64,000 bases of DNA, from assembly GCA_043765195.1 (NCBI GenBank), contig JAYUJN010000001.1, positions 134,171 to 198,170 on the forward strand. The letters run 5' to 3'. This document shows positions 36,197-45,149 of this stretch, piece after piece. The translations under genes were made by a program, and so were the position numbers. Numbering within the stretch: the first letter of the stretch is position 1; each line of letters starts with the position of its first letter. The DNA comes from Bacteroidota bacterium (lineage in GTDB: Bacteria; Bacteroidota; Bacteroidia; UBA7662; JAYUJN01). The notes under the pieces are model-generated. The model was not told where the DNA came from. It saw nothing but the letters and a program-made list of their open reading frames with translations, and made no database searches.

Positions 36197-36742
36197 TTAA
36201 TTGAGTGGGTTGTTGGTGGCTACATTATCAAAAAAATGCCCCATTTGCCCAAACAAATCTTTGGCATAAGGCAGCAAAAAGCCCGCATAGTGCAGCAATG
36301 TGGGTGCTAAGGTAATGAGGAACTCGAAGCTAATGGACTTTTGGGCGGTTTCGGGCGAAATAACGCCTACTTTGTTAAACAGCCAAACGATGATGCTGCT
36401 CAAAAAAGCGGCTTTTAGCAGCCCAAAGGCTGCGCCCGCCAGATTGTTTACAAAACCGAGGTGTACGGCTTTGAGCAGTTTTTCTATGCTTTTTGTAAAA
36501 AAATGAATGCCCACCACCAGCAGCACAAATACGGTGAGGAAGGCTATCATGGGCAAAAACTTGCTGTGAATGCCCAGGTTTGTAGCCATAAATGTGGCGG
36601 CGGTGTTGGTTAGTTTGAATGCGCCCGTGATGCCTATGAGCAGGGCGAGCAGTGTGGCTATTTCTACCAAAAAGCCTTTGCGCCAGCCAGATATTAGCCC
36701 CCAAGCCATGGGTGCGAGTACGATGTAATCTAAGGTCGTCAT
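36197..36742 (-). CDS. CvpA family membrane protein
   Basis: The N-terminus DYIVLAPMAWGLISGWRKGFLVEI and a 4-TM layout are typical of CvpA. Confidence 0.75.
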   Translation of the reverse strand: MTTLDYIVLAPMAWGLISGWRKGFLVEIATLLALLIGITGAFKLTNTAATFMATNLGIHSKFLPMIAFLTVFVLLVVGIHFFTKSIEKLLKAVHLGFVNNLAGAAFGLLKAAFLSSIIVWLFNKVGVISPETAQKSISFEFLITLAPTLLHYAGFLLPYAKDLFGQMGHFFDNVATNNPLN

Positions 36743-36769
36743 TAATTGGGTTGGGTGGTTTTTTGTGGG

Positions 36770-39304
36770 TTAAATGTCGTTTTCTTTTAAAAATACCTCG
36801 AGGCTGGCTATGCTATCGAACATGACCTCTCGGGCTTTGCTGCCCTCGAACTTGCCTACAATGCCCAGTGCCTCGAGCTGGTCCATGATGCGCCCCGAGC
36901 GTGCGTAGCCCAGTTTTAGTTTGCGCTGTATGAGCGAGGTAGAGCCTTGTTGGTTGTTTACGATGGTGCGGGCTGCGTCGGCGAGCATTACGTCGTATTC
37001 GCCTATGTTTTCCATTGATTTGTGGCTTTGGTCGCCGTCTTTGCCCACAAACTCAGGCAGTATAAAGGCGCTTTCGTAGCCTTGTTGTTCGCCTATAAAG
37101 TTGGCTACTTGCTCTACTTCTTCGGTGGTAATGTAGGCGCATTGTATGCGTATCACGTCCGAGCCTTGTGCCAGTAGCATATCGCCACGCCCTACGAGCT
37201 GCTCTGCGCCTTTGGTATCGAGTATGGTGCGTGCGTCTATTTGTGAGCTTACTTTAAAGGCTATACGGGCGGGGAAGTTGGCTTTTATTGTTCCCGTAAT
37301 GATGTTTGTACTGGGGCGTTGGGTGGCTATGATAAGGTGTATGCCCACGGCACGGGCGAGCTGCGCCAGCCTGGTGATGGGCTGCTCTACTTCTTTGCCT
37401 GCGGTCATCATTAGGTCGGCAAACTCATCTACCACCAGTACAATGTAGGGCAGGTAGCGGTGTAGTTTTTCGGGGTTTAGCCTTCGGGCTACAAATTTTT
37501 GGTTGTATTCGGCGATGTTGCGCACGCTGGCATCTTTTAGCAGGTCGTAGCGCAGGTCCATTTCTATGCAAAGGGAGTTTAGGGTGTTTACTACCTTGGC
37601 GGTGTCGGTGATTATGGCATCGTCTTCGTTGGGTAGCTTGGCGAGGAAGTGCCGCTCTATGGTTTTAAAGATGGATAGTTCTACTTTTTTGGGGTCGACG
37701 AGTACGAATTTTATTTGGGAGGGGTGTTTTTTGTAAATGAGTGAGATGAGTATGGTGTTTAATCCCACGGATTTGCCTTGCCCCGTAGCGCCTGCCATGA
37801 GTAGGTGGGGCATTTTGGCGAGGTCGGTTACAAATACTTCGTTGGATATGGTTTTGCCCAGTGCTATGGGCAGTTCGTAGGTGCTGTTTGTAAATTTTTC
37901 GCTGGCTAATACGGTGCTTATGCTTACGGTTTCTTTGTTGTGGTTGGGTACTTCGATGCCTATTGTGCCTTTGCCTGGCATTGGGGCTATTATTCTGATG
38001 CCGAGTGCGGCGAGGTTTAGGGCGATGTCGTCTTCGAGGTTTTTTATTTTGGAGATGCGCACGCCTGCGGCTGGCACTATTTCGTAGAGTGTTACGGTGG
38101 GACCTACGGTGGCTCTGATGCGTTCTATTTCGATGCCGAATTGTCGGAGGGTTTCTAATATTTGTTTTTTATTTCGGTTTAGCTCGTCTTCGTCCATTTT
38201 TAGTGGGTTGCTGGTGGGCGGGTCGAGCAGGCTTAGGGTTGGGTATTGGTAGTGCGAGAGTTCGGCTGTGGGGTCGTAGGGCTGGGTGGTGGCGGGCAGG
38301 CTGGGGTGCATGGGCGGCAGCTCGGGTGCGGGCGTGCTTATGAGTTCGAGCTCTGGCTCGGGTGTGGGCGTGAGTTCGAGCTCTGGCTCGGGTATGGGCG
38401 TGCGGAGTTTGTTGCGGGGCGGCACTTCGTCGGCGGGCGTGAGGTAAGGCTCGGGGCTGGGGGTGTGTACTTCGAGCGGGAGGTCGCCTATGGGCGTGCG
38501 GGTGTGCGTGGGCGCAAATGTGGGTGCGGGCGCAAGTGTGTGGTCGAGGGTGGAAGGCTCGGGCGTGAATAGCGTGGAGGCAGACGTGGGCGAGCTACCA
38601 CGTGCGGGCGTGCGCAGTGGCTCGGGCGTGCTATCACGCCTAAAACCCTCGAACAAACCCTCAAAATCAAATTTTACCCCGAAATAAACCCTCAAAACCA
38701 AAAACCAAGCAAAAACCAGCACCAAAAATGTACCAAAAACACCCAAAAAACCCATCAGCCAGCTGCTGCAAAAATACCCAAACATTCCGCCCCAAATGCT
38801 CCATTTACCCAACAAAAAACCGAGTGTAAACGAAACGGCGACCATGAGCACAAAGGCATTGACGTAATTTTTTTTGTAGTTAATGGCAAAAGTGTAGCCC
38901 AAAATGCGCAAACCAAACAAACCCAACATATACGCCAAGGCAAACGAGCCAAAGCCAAAACTGCCATGAATAATCAAATGCGAGAGCAGCGCACCAAAAC
39001 GCCCAAGTAAATTGTGCGCCACGAGGTCTTTGTTGGTCAAAAACTCAAAAATGCCGCTGTCCGCCACCAAATTTTGGTCGTTTTGCCACACAAAAAGGTG
39101 CGAAAAAAAAGCCACAAACATACAGCCAGCCAGCAGCACGCACAAGCCGCCCAAAACCAAACGCACACGCTCCGTAGGCTCAAAACGCACCCACGCCAGC
39201 GGGCGTGGCGCACTTGTGCGCTTGTTTTCGGGCTTCAACCTATTTTTTTCGGTGGGTGCACTCGTTGCCTCCTCCACCTGAACACTGCGTAATTTATTTG
39301 CCAT
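36770..39304 (-). CDS. ftsK: DNA translocase FtsK
   Basis: N-terminal TM domain, a Pro/Thr/Glu-rich linker, a motor domain with Walker A AGATGQGKSVGLN, and a C-terminal gamma domain (SLIQRKLKLGYARSGRIMDQLE). Confidence 0.95.
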   Translation of the reverse strand: MANKLRSVQVEEATSAPTEKNRLKPENKRTSAPRPLAWVRFEPTERVRLVLGGLCVLLAGCMFVAFFSHLFVWQNDQNLVADSGIFEFLTNKDLVAHNLLGRFGALLSHLIIHGSFGFGSFALAYMLGLFGLRILGYTFAINYKKNYVNAFVLMVAVSFTLGFLLGKWSIWGGMFGYFCSSWLMGFLGVFGTFLVLVFAWFLVLRVYFGVKFDFEGLFEGFRRDSTPEPLRTPARGSSPTSASTLFTPEPSTLDHTLAPAPTFAPTHTRTPIGDLPLEVHTPSPEPYLTPADEVPPRNKLRTPIPEPELELTPTPEPELELISTPAPELPPMHPSLPATTQPYDPTAELSHYQYPTLSLLDPPTSNPLKMDEDELNRNKKQILETLRQFGIEIERIRATVGPTVTLYEIVPAAGVRISKIKNLEDDIALNLAALGIRIIAPMPGKGTIGIEVPNHNKETVSISTVLASEKFTNSTYELPIALGKTISNEVFVTDLAKMPHLLMAGATGQGKSVGLNTILISLIYKKHPSQIKFVLVDPKKVELSIFKTIERHFLAKLPNEDDAIITDTAKVVNTLNSLCIEMDLRYDLLKDASVRNIAEYNQKFVARRLNPEKLHRYLPYIVLVVDEFADLMMTAGKEVEQPITRLAQLARAVGIHLIIATQRPSTNIITGTIKANFPARIAFKVSSQIDARTILDTKGAEQLVGRGDMLLAQGSDVIRIQCAYITTEEVEQVANFIGEQQGYESAFILPEFVGKDGDQSHKSMENIGEYDVMLADAARTIVNNQQGSTSLIQRKLKLGYARSGRIMDQLEALGIVGKFEGSKAREVMFDSIASLEVFLKENDI
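38342..38401. repeat. 30-bp tandem duplication in the FtsK linker-coding region
   Basis: gagttcgagctctggctcgggtgtgggcgt (38342-38371) and gagttcgagctctggctcgggtatgggcgt (38372-38401) match at 29/30. They encode PEPELEL repeats on the minus strand. Confidence 0.85.
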
Positions 39305-39497
39305 AACTTAATATTTTTTGCAAGCGATACATAAAACTTGCCAACGCACAAAATTACCCAAAATAAGTTTGCCATAATCCTTTCGGGGTTTTTTTGTGGA
39401 TAAAACACCCGCAGTACGCCCACCACAAACCAAAACTGGTGTGGAGAATAACCGTTATTTTTTAGTAATTTTGCCCCCACAATACCCAAACCCAACC

Positions 39498-39869
39498 ATG
39501 CAAAACCCCAAAAACACCTTGGTAATAGGTGCCAGCCCCAACCCCGAGCGGTACAGCTACAAAGCCATAAGCGCACTTATAGCCCACAAACACCCCGTGC
39601 TTGCCCTCGGCGCACGCCCCGCCACGGTGCTGGGCGTGGAAATCGCCAACGATTTGCCCACGGCGCACGCCCCCATACACACCATCACCCTGTACCTAAA
39701 CCCCAGCGCCCAAGCGGCATTTTACGAGCGCATTGTAGCCCTAAAACCCGAGCGCATTATTTTTAACCCTGGCACCGAAAACCCAGCGTTAGAAGCCATT
39801 TGCATACAAAACAACATAGAACCCCTGCAAGCCTGCACGCTCGTTTTGCTGGCTACCAACCAATATTAA
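39498..39869 (+). CDS. CoA-binding domain protein (YccU-like)
   Basis: NTLVIGASPNPERYSYKAISAL is the typical CoA_binding_2 N-terminus. The ATG at 39498 is preferred over the upstream non-ATG track start. Confidence 0.75.
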   Translation: MQNPKNTLVIGASPNPERYSYKAISALIAHKHPVLALGARPATVLGVEIANDLPTAHAPIHTITLYLNPSAQAAFYERIVALKPERIIFNPGTENPALEAICIQNNIEPLQACTLVLLATNQY

Positions 39870-39978
39870 GCCCAATTTCGGCGGCTTTTTTGGGTTTTAT
39901 GCCACATTTTTGGTAGGAAAATGACAAATGTGGTGCGCCCACGCATAATTTTTGTACCTTTGCGCTTTATAAACCCAA

Positions 39979-41895
39979 ATGAGCGACTCTATAAAACACG
40001 AATGCGGCATCGCATTTATTCGCCTTAGAAAACCCCTGGATTTTTACCTCCAAAAGTACGGCACAGCACTTTACGGCTTAAATAAACTGTACTTGCTCAT
40101 GGAAAAACAGCACAACAGAGGGCAAGATGGCGCTGGATTAGCCACCATAAAACTACAACCCGAACCTGGCAAACGCTACATAAGCCGCCTGCGCTCCAAC
40201 GCACAGCAGCCGATAAAAGACCTTTTTGAGCAAATAAATAGCCGCCTGCAACGGGGATTTGAGCTGCAACCCGAGCTGCATACCAACGCCGAGCTGCTCA
40301 AACAAACCCTCCCCTACACGGGCGAGCTGCTGCTGGGGCACCTGCGCTACGGCACACACGGCGGCAACAGTTTGGAGTACTGCCACCCTTTTTTGCGGCA
40401 AAACAACTGGCTTAGTCGCAACTTGCTGCTGGCGGGCAATTTTAATTTTACCAACGTAGATGAGCAGTTTGACGCACTCGTAAAACTGGGGCAACACCCC
40501 AAAGAAAAAGCCGATACCGTGCTGGCTCTCGAAAAAATAGGGCATTTTTTGGACGAAGAAAACATAAAACTCTTCGAAAAATACCGCAACGAAATGGGCG
40601 AAAAAGACCTATTTAACGGCGATAGAAACATTATTATAAACCAAAAAATACACCAAAGTTTGGACATAGCGCACATACTGCGCAAGTCGGCAAAAAGCTG
40701 GGACGGCGGTTTTAACATGGCGGGCATGATGGGGCATGGCGATGCTTTTGTGATGCGAGATGCCGCTGGCATACGCCCAAGCTACTTTTATGCCGACGAT
40801 GAGGTGGTGGTATCTGCCTCGGAACGCCCAGCGATACAAACGGCTTTTGACCTAAAAACCGAACAAATACAAGAACTTAGCCCAGGGCAAGCCCTGATAG
40901 TGCGCCAAAACGGCAGCTACGAAACCACCGAAATACTAAAACCAGCCGCCAAAAAACCCTGCTCCTTCGAGCGCATTTATTTTAGCCGTGGCAGCGACAC
41001 CGACATTTATAAGGAACGCAAAAAACTGGGCGCACTCGTTACCACGCAGCTCCTCCAAGTGATAGACTACGACATAGAAAACACCGTTTTTTCGTACATA
41101 CCCAATACCGCCGAAATAGCCTTTTATGGCATGATAGAGGGCGTGCAAACCTACCTCGACGAATACAAAATAGCCCAACTACTCAAAGGCGGATACGATG
41201 CCGACGGGCTAAAAAAGCTGATGAGCCTGCACCCACGCATCGAAAAAGCAACGATAAAAGACGCAAAGCTCCGCACTTTTATCACCAGCGACAACAGCCG
41301 CTCCGAACTCGTAGCCCACGTTTACGACATTACCTACGGCATTATTACGCCCCAAAAAGACAATTTGGTAATCATAGACGACTCCATAGTGCGTGGCACT
41401 ACCCTGCGAGAGAGCATTATTAGGATGCTGGATAGGCTCAAACCCAAAAAGCTGCTCATTATATCGTCCGCACCCCAAATACGCTACCCCGACTGCTATG
41501 GCATAGATATGTCGAGGCTCTACGAGTTTGTGGCGTTTCAGGCTGCCATAGCCCTGCTCCAACAGCACAAACTTACCCACATCATAGACGAAGTGTATGA
41601 CCTCTGCAAAAACTCAAGCATGGAAATGCTGAAAACCGAAAATTTTGTAAAAAAAATCTACGAACCCTTTGTTACCCAAGAAATATCCAACAAAATAGCC
41701 GAGCTAATTACGCCGCCCCAAACCACCACGCCCGTAACCATCATTTACCAAAGCATAAACAACCTGCACGAAGCCTGCCCCGACCACCAAGGCGACTGGT
41801 ATTTTTCGGGGGATTACCCCACGCCAGGCGGCAACAAGGTAGCAAACCAAGCCTTCGTAAATTTTTATGAAAACCGAAAAGAACGTGCTTACTAA
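39979..41895 (+). CDS. purF: Amidophosphoribosyltransferase (long-form, class II glutamine amidotransferase)
   Basis: A short propeptide precedes the nucleophile Cys (KHECGIAFI). NRGQDGAG is present, and a PRTase motif (LVIIDDSIVRGTTL) lies in the C-terminal half. Confidence 0.85.
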   Translation: MSDSIKHECGIAFIRLRKPLDFYLQKYGTALYGLNKLYLLMEKQHNRGQDGAGLATIKLQPEPGKRYISRLRSNAQQPIKDLFEQINSRLQRGFELQPELHTNAELLKQTLPYTGELLLGHLRYGTHGGNSLEYCHPFLRQNNWLSRNLLLAGNFNFTNVDEQFDALVKLGQHPKEKADTVLALEKIGHFLDEENIKLFEKYRNEMGEKDLFNGDRNIIINQKIHQSLDIAHILRKSAKSWDGGFNMAGMMGHGDAFVMRDAAGIRPSYFYADDEVVVSASERPAIQTAFDLKTEQIQELSPGQALIVRQNGSYETTEILKPAAKKPCSFERIYFSRGSDTDIYKERKKLGALVTTQLLQVIDYDIENTVFSYIPNTAEIAFYGMIEGVQTYLDEYKIAQLLKGGYDADGLKKLMSLHPRIEKATIKDAKLRTFITSDNSRSELVAHVYDITYGIITPQKDNLVIIDDSIVRGTTLRESIIRMLDRLKPKKLLIISSAPQIRYPDCYGIDMSRLYEFVAFQAAIALLQQHKLTHIIDEVYDLCKNSSMEMLKTENFVKKIYEPFVTQEISNKIAELITPPQTTTPVTIIYQSINNLHEACPDHQGDWYFSGDYPTPGGNKVANQAFVNFYENRKERAY

Positions 41896-42011
41896 ACTTT
41901 AATCGTTTTTAAAGGGAATAAATCCGTTGCAGCTTCACAAAAAATGTTATGTATTAAGCAGCCAAATAAAAATGACAAAATAAAATAAAATAAAATACTA
42001 ATTTTGTACCT

Positions 42012-42881
42012 ATGCAAGAAAAACAGAGCCGCAAGGAGCAAATTTTAGAAAAACTAAAAAACAAATACCGCCTCGTGGTATTGGACGAGGATACTTTCGA
42101 GGAAAAAGCCGTTTTTAAACTCAACCGCCTAAGCGTAATTGTGGGTTTGAGTATGTTTTTTGTGGTTTTAACGTCTGTCATCGTAGCCACCATCGCATTT
42201 ACACCACTAAGAGAATACATACCAGGCTATGCCGACGTAAATACCAGCCGAAACCTGCGCAAATTATACAACCGAGTAGATTCGTTGGAGGGGGCAATAG
42301 AAGACCGCTACGCCTACATAGAAACGATACAGGAAGTGGTAAAAGGCGATTTTAAAGACAAACGCACCAACAAAACCGACGTAAGAGATAGCATATACAA
42401 CCCTGCCATCATGGACGAAATACTGGAAAACGAAAAAATACTAAGAAACAACCCCAACATACAAAACGTAGATGTAGCCACAGGCAAACAAAACGGCGGC
42501 TTGCAGCGCATCGCCTTTTTTAAACCCACCGACGGCGGCGTAATATCCACACCATTTAGCCCCGCAAACCAACGGTACAGCATTACCATAGCCACACCCC
42601 AAAACCAACCCATAAGAGCCATACTGGACGGCACCGTAATTATGGCAAATTACAGCATAGAAACAGGATACACCATAGGCATACAGCACCAAAACAACAT
42701 CATATCTTTTTATAAAAACTGCCTTAGCCTAATGAAAAAGAACAACAACTTTGTGAAAGCGGGCGAAACCATAGCCACCACAGGCAGCACCCGCCCCAAC
42801 GCAAAGCCACAGTTTCAGTTAGAACTTTGGTACAACGGCATCGCATTAAACCCCGCTGAATTCATCAGCTTTAAACAATAA
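42012..42881 (+). CDS. Bitopic LytM/M23-domain protein with degenerate metal-binding motifs
   Basis: There is one TM helix (LSVIVGLSMFFVVLTSVIVATIAF). The C-terminal M23 fold has the expected HxxxD replaced (YSITIA) and HxH replaced by QFQ (KPQFQLELWYNG). Confidence 0.8.
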   Translation: MQEKQSRKEQILEKLKNKYRLVVLDEDTFEEKAVFKLNRLSVIVGLSMFFVVLTSVIVATIAFTPLREYIPGYADVNTSRNLRKLYNRVDSLEGAIEDRYAYIETIQEVVKGDFKDKRTNKTDVRDSIYNPAIMDEILENEKILRNNPNIQNVDVATGKQNGGLQRIAFFKPTDGGVISTPFSPANQRYSITIATPQNQPIRAILDGTVIMANYSIETGYTIGIQHQNNIISFYKNCLSLMKKNNNFVKAGETIATTGSTRPNAKPQFQLELWYNGIALNPAEFISFKQ

Positions 42882-42913
42882 AACACTAACACACACACTA
42901 ACACACTATTAAA

Positions 42914-43342
42914 ATGTTCGGTAGAAAACCCCAAAACAACAACGACGCAAGCACCCAACCCAGCGGCTCATTTGATATGCTAAACCACGTAGGCAAAGGC
43001 ACTTCGATAGACGGCGGCATGGAATCAAACAGCAGCCTACGCATAGACGGCAAAATAAAAGGCACAATAAGCGTAAAAGAACGCCTCATTTTGGGTCCGA
43101 CGGGCATCATAGAAGGCAAAATACAATGCAAAGATGCCGACATAGCTGGCACCGTAAGGGGCGACATAGAATCGTCGGGCGTGCTTAGGCTGCTCGCAAC
43201 CGCAAATGTAAACGGCGACCTAAAAGTAAGCCAAATAAGTGTAGAAGCAGGCGCAATATTCAACGGCAACTGCATTACAAATAGAGGCAGCATAGGCGAA
43301 TTTTTGAATGAAAATACAGAAACCAAAGCCATCAAAGCCTAA
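42914..43342 (+). CDS. Bactofilin (polymer-forming cytoskeletal protein)
   Basis: A DUF583-type beta-helix repeat pattern: SSLRIDGKIKGTISVKERLILGPTGIIEGKIQCKDADIAGTVRGDIES. Confidence 0.85.
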   Translation: MFGRKPQNNNDASTQPSGSFDMLNHVGKGTSIDGGMESNSSLRIDGKIKGTISVKERLILGPTGIIEGKIQCKDADIAGTVRGDIESSGVLRLLATANVNGDLKVSQISVEAGAIFNGNCITNRGSIGEFLNENTETKAIKA

Positions 43343-43538
43343 CCAAAACCCCAACGAAATACTCCGATACTCAGGCTTGGCTTTTCAAATGATAGCCACA
43401 ATTTGTCTCGGAGTGTTTTTGGGCAATCGGTTGGATAAATACCTGCACACGCCAAAACCCTATTTTACAGGGTTATTTGCCGTGATTTTTGTGGTTTTAG
43501 CCGTGTACAACAGCATCGCCGATTTTTTAAAAAAGTAA
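43308..43538 (+). CDS. AtpZ/AtpI family small membrane protein
   Basis: ILRYSGLAFQMIATICLGVFLGNRLDKYL is the typical AtpZ core. The protein has two TM helices. Confidence 0.7.
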   Translation: MKIQKPKPSKPNQNPNEILRYSGLAFQMIATICLGVFLGNRLDKYLHTPKPYFTGLFAVIFVVLAVYNSIADFLKK

Positions 43539-43900
43539 TGGAATACAAAAAGAAATTAGCCGCACTGGCACTGGTTTTTGTTTTGGTAAATCTGGCTATG
43601 AACCAAGTTTTGGGCATTCAGTGGCAATGGTACATTTGGGCAATGCACCCGTTTTTTTGGTTGGTAAGTCTGCTAATTCACGGCTATTTAACCAGCCCCG
43701 CCCTCACGCCACAGCGTTTTGTAAACTCATTTATGGCTTCTACGGGCATAAAACTGGCGGCGTGCGCCGCAGCCATCGGCGTTTTGGTGTATTTCAACAA
43801 ACCACAAGCCCGAAGCATCGTAATTTGGTTTATGCTGCTTTACTTCGGCTTTTCTACCTTCGAAACCATCGTTTTGAGCAAACTCGCACGCAAAAAATGA
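43538..43900 (+). CDS. Hypothetical membrane protein (about 4 TM)
   Basis: This hydrophobic ORF starts where the AtpZ-like gene ends. Its stop overlaps the next ATG. Confidence 0.55.
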   Translation: MEYKKKLAALALVFVLVNLAMNQVLGIQWQWYIWAMHPFFWLVSLLIHGYLTSPALTPQRFVNSFMASTGIKLAACAAAIGVLVYFNKPQARSIVIWFMLLYFGFSTFETIVLSKLARKK

Positions 43901-45132
43901 CCTTTTTCTTGCGACTTTTTGTAGGTTTACTCGTCGTTTTTGTAGGCATTGAGCTGGCGTTGCTACCCAAAAAAACCGACTACGTACTCGCTGCCGACGA
44001 GGGCATCTACCTCGAGCAAGTAAATACCCTGCTCACACACAACCCAATAGCGGGCGTGCGCATAGCCACCGAAAACTACATAAACACCGCCACACTGCAC
44101 CAAAAACCGCACCCGCTGCGGGTAGGCTACCTCTGGTTTTGTATGCCATTTGTGGGTTGGGTGGGCGTTTGGGGTCTGAGCTTGGCTTCCATCGCACTTT
44201 TTGTGGGCTTGCTCTACGCCAGCTATGTATTCGGCACGAGGGTTTACAGCCACGGTTTTGCGCTTATTTTTGTGGTTTTACTGGCGTTTTCGCCGCTGTA
44301 CATGGGCTTGTGCCGCCGTGCCTTAGCCGACATAGCTACTTACACCTGGGTTTTGTTGCCGCTCATGGCATTTATTTTTTACCTAAAAAATCCCGTTGCC
44401 AAAAACTATTTTTTGTTTCTGCTCCTACTCACCTTTTCTGGTTTGGTCAAAGAATCGAACTACTTTTTTGCGCCGTTTTACAGCCTTTACCTCGGGTTTT
44501 GGGCATTTACACAAAAAAAACATACGCTCCACGCCATTTTTCAGAGCATAATTACCACTGCGCTACCTGCCTTGTGTAGCATTTTATTGTACGTATTTTT
44601 GGTAGGAGCGCAGCGTTTTGTAGCCGTACTCAGCATTTTAAAAAACGTAGAAATAACCAGCGTGTGGCACTACGGCGCAGGCGGTTGGTACATGAATTTA
44701 ATCAATTTTGGGCTGCTATCGCCCATTGTTTTTGGCTTGTTTTTGGCTGGTATTATTACCCAAAAAAAAATCACAACCGAAACTTCTGTACTCATTGCTT
44801 TTTACATTTTTACAATAATTATGTACGCTTTTTTGCCCAAAAACGTGCGCTACGTCGGTTTTTTGGATTGGATACACTGCCTTTTTGCCGCATCTTTTGT
44901 GGTAAATTATTTTGATAAAGAAAAAATAACGCCAAAACGTTTATTAATTAAATGTTTATGGGTAACTTTGCCCATCATAGCCCTAAATTTTGCAAATTTC
45001 AACCGCATTTTTATAAAATACAGGGTGTATGAGCCACTAAGCTACTACGTTTGGTTGGGGCAAATGTACGTACCCATCGACAGTAGTTTTGCGGCAAAAA
45101 TGACCATCGCCCCCGAAAAACGCTTGAAATAA
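43897..45132 (+). CDS. Polytopic membrane protein, possibly a GT-C (ArnT/PMT-like) glycosyltransferase
   Basis: About 411 aa from the ATG at 43897 (ATGA overlap), with many TM segments. The family call is weak. The track start at 43621 overlaps the preceding gene out of frame. Confidence 0.55.
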   Translation: MTFFLRLFVGLLVVFVGIELALLPKKTDYVLAADEGIYLEQVNTLLTHNPIAGVRIATENYINTATLHQKPHPLRVGYLWFCMPFVGWVGVWGLSLASIALFVGLLYASYVFGTRVYSHGFALIFVVLLAFSPLYMGLCRRALADIATYTWVLLPLMAFIFYLKNPVAKNYFLFLLLLTFSGLVKESNYFFAPFYSLYLGFWAFTQKKHTLHAIFQSIITTALPALCSILLYVFLVGAQRFVAVLSILKNVEITSVWHYGAGGWYMNLINFGLLSPIVFGLFLAGIITQKKITTETSVLIAFYIFTIIMYAFLPKNVRYVGFLDWIHCLFAASFVVNYFDKEKITPKRLLIKCLWVTLPIIALNFANFNRIFIKYRVYEPLSYYVWLGQMYVPIDSSFAAKMTIAPEKRLK

Positions 45133-45149
45133 GCCTAAAAAAAGATAAA

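Noticed and set aside
39305-39497. Possible small RNA or terminator (aatcctttcggggttttttt) in the ftsK / CoA-binding-gene intergenic region
   Set aside because: The stem is only 2-3 bp and no convincing promoter or conserved structure is visible. I cannot support it from sequence alone.
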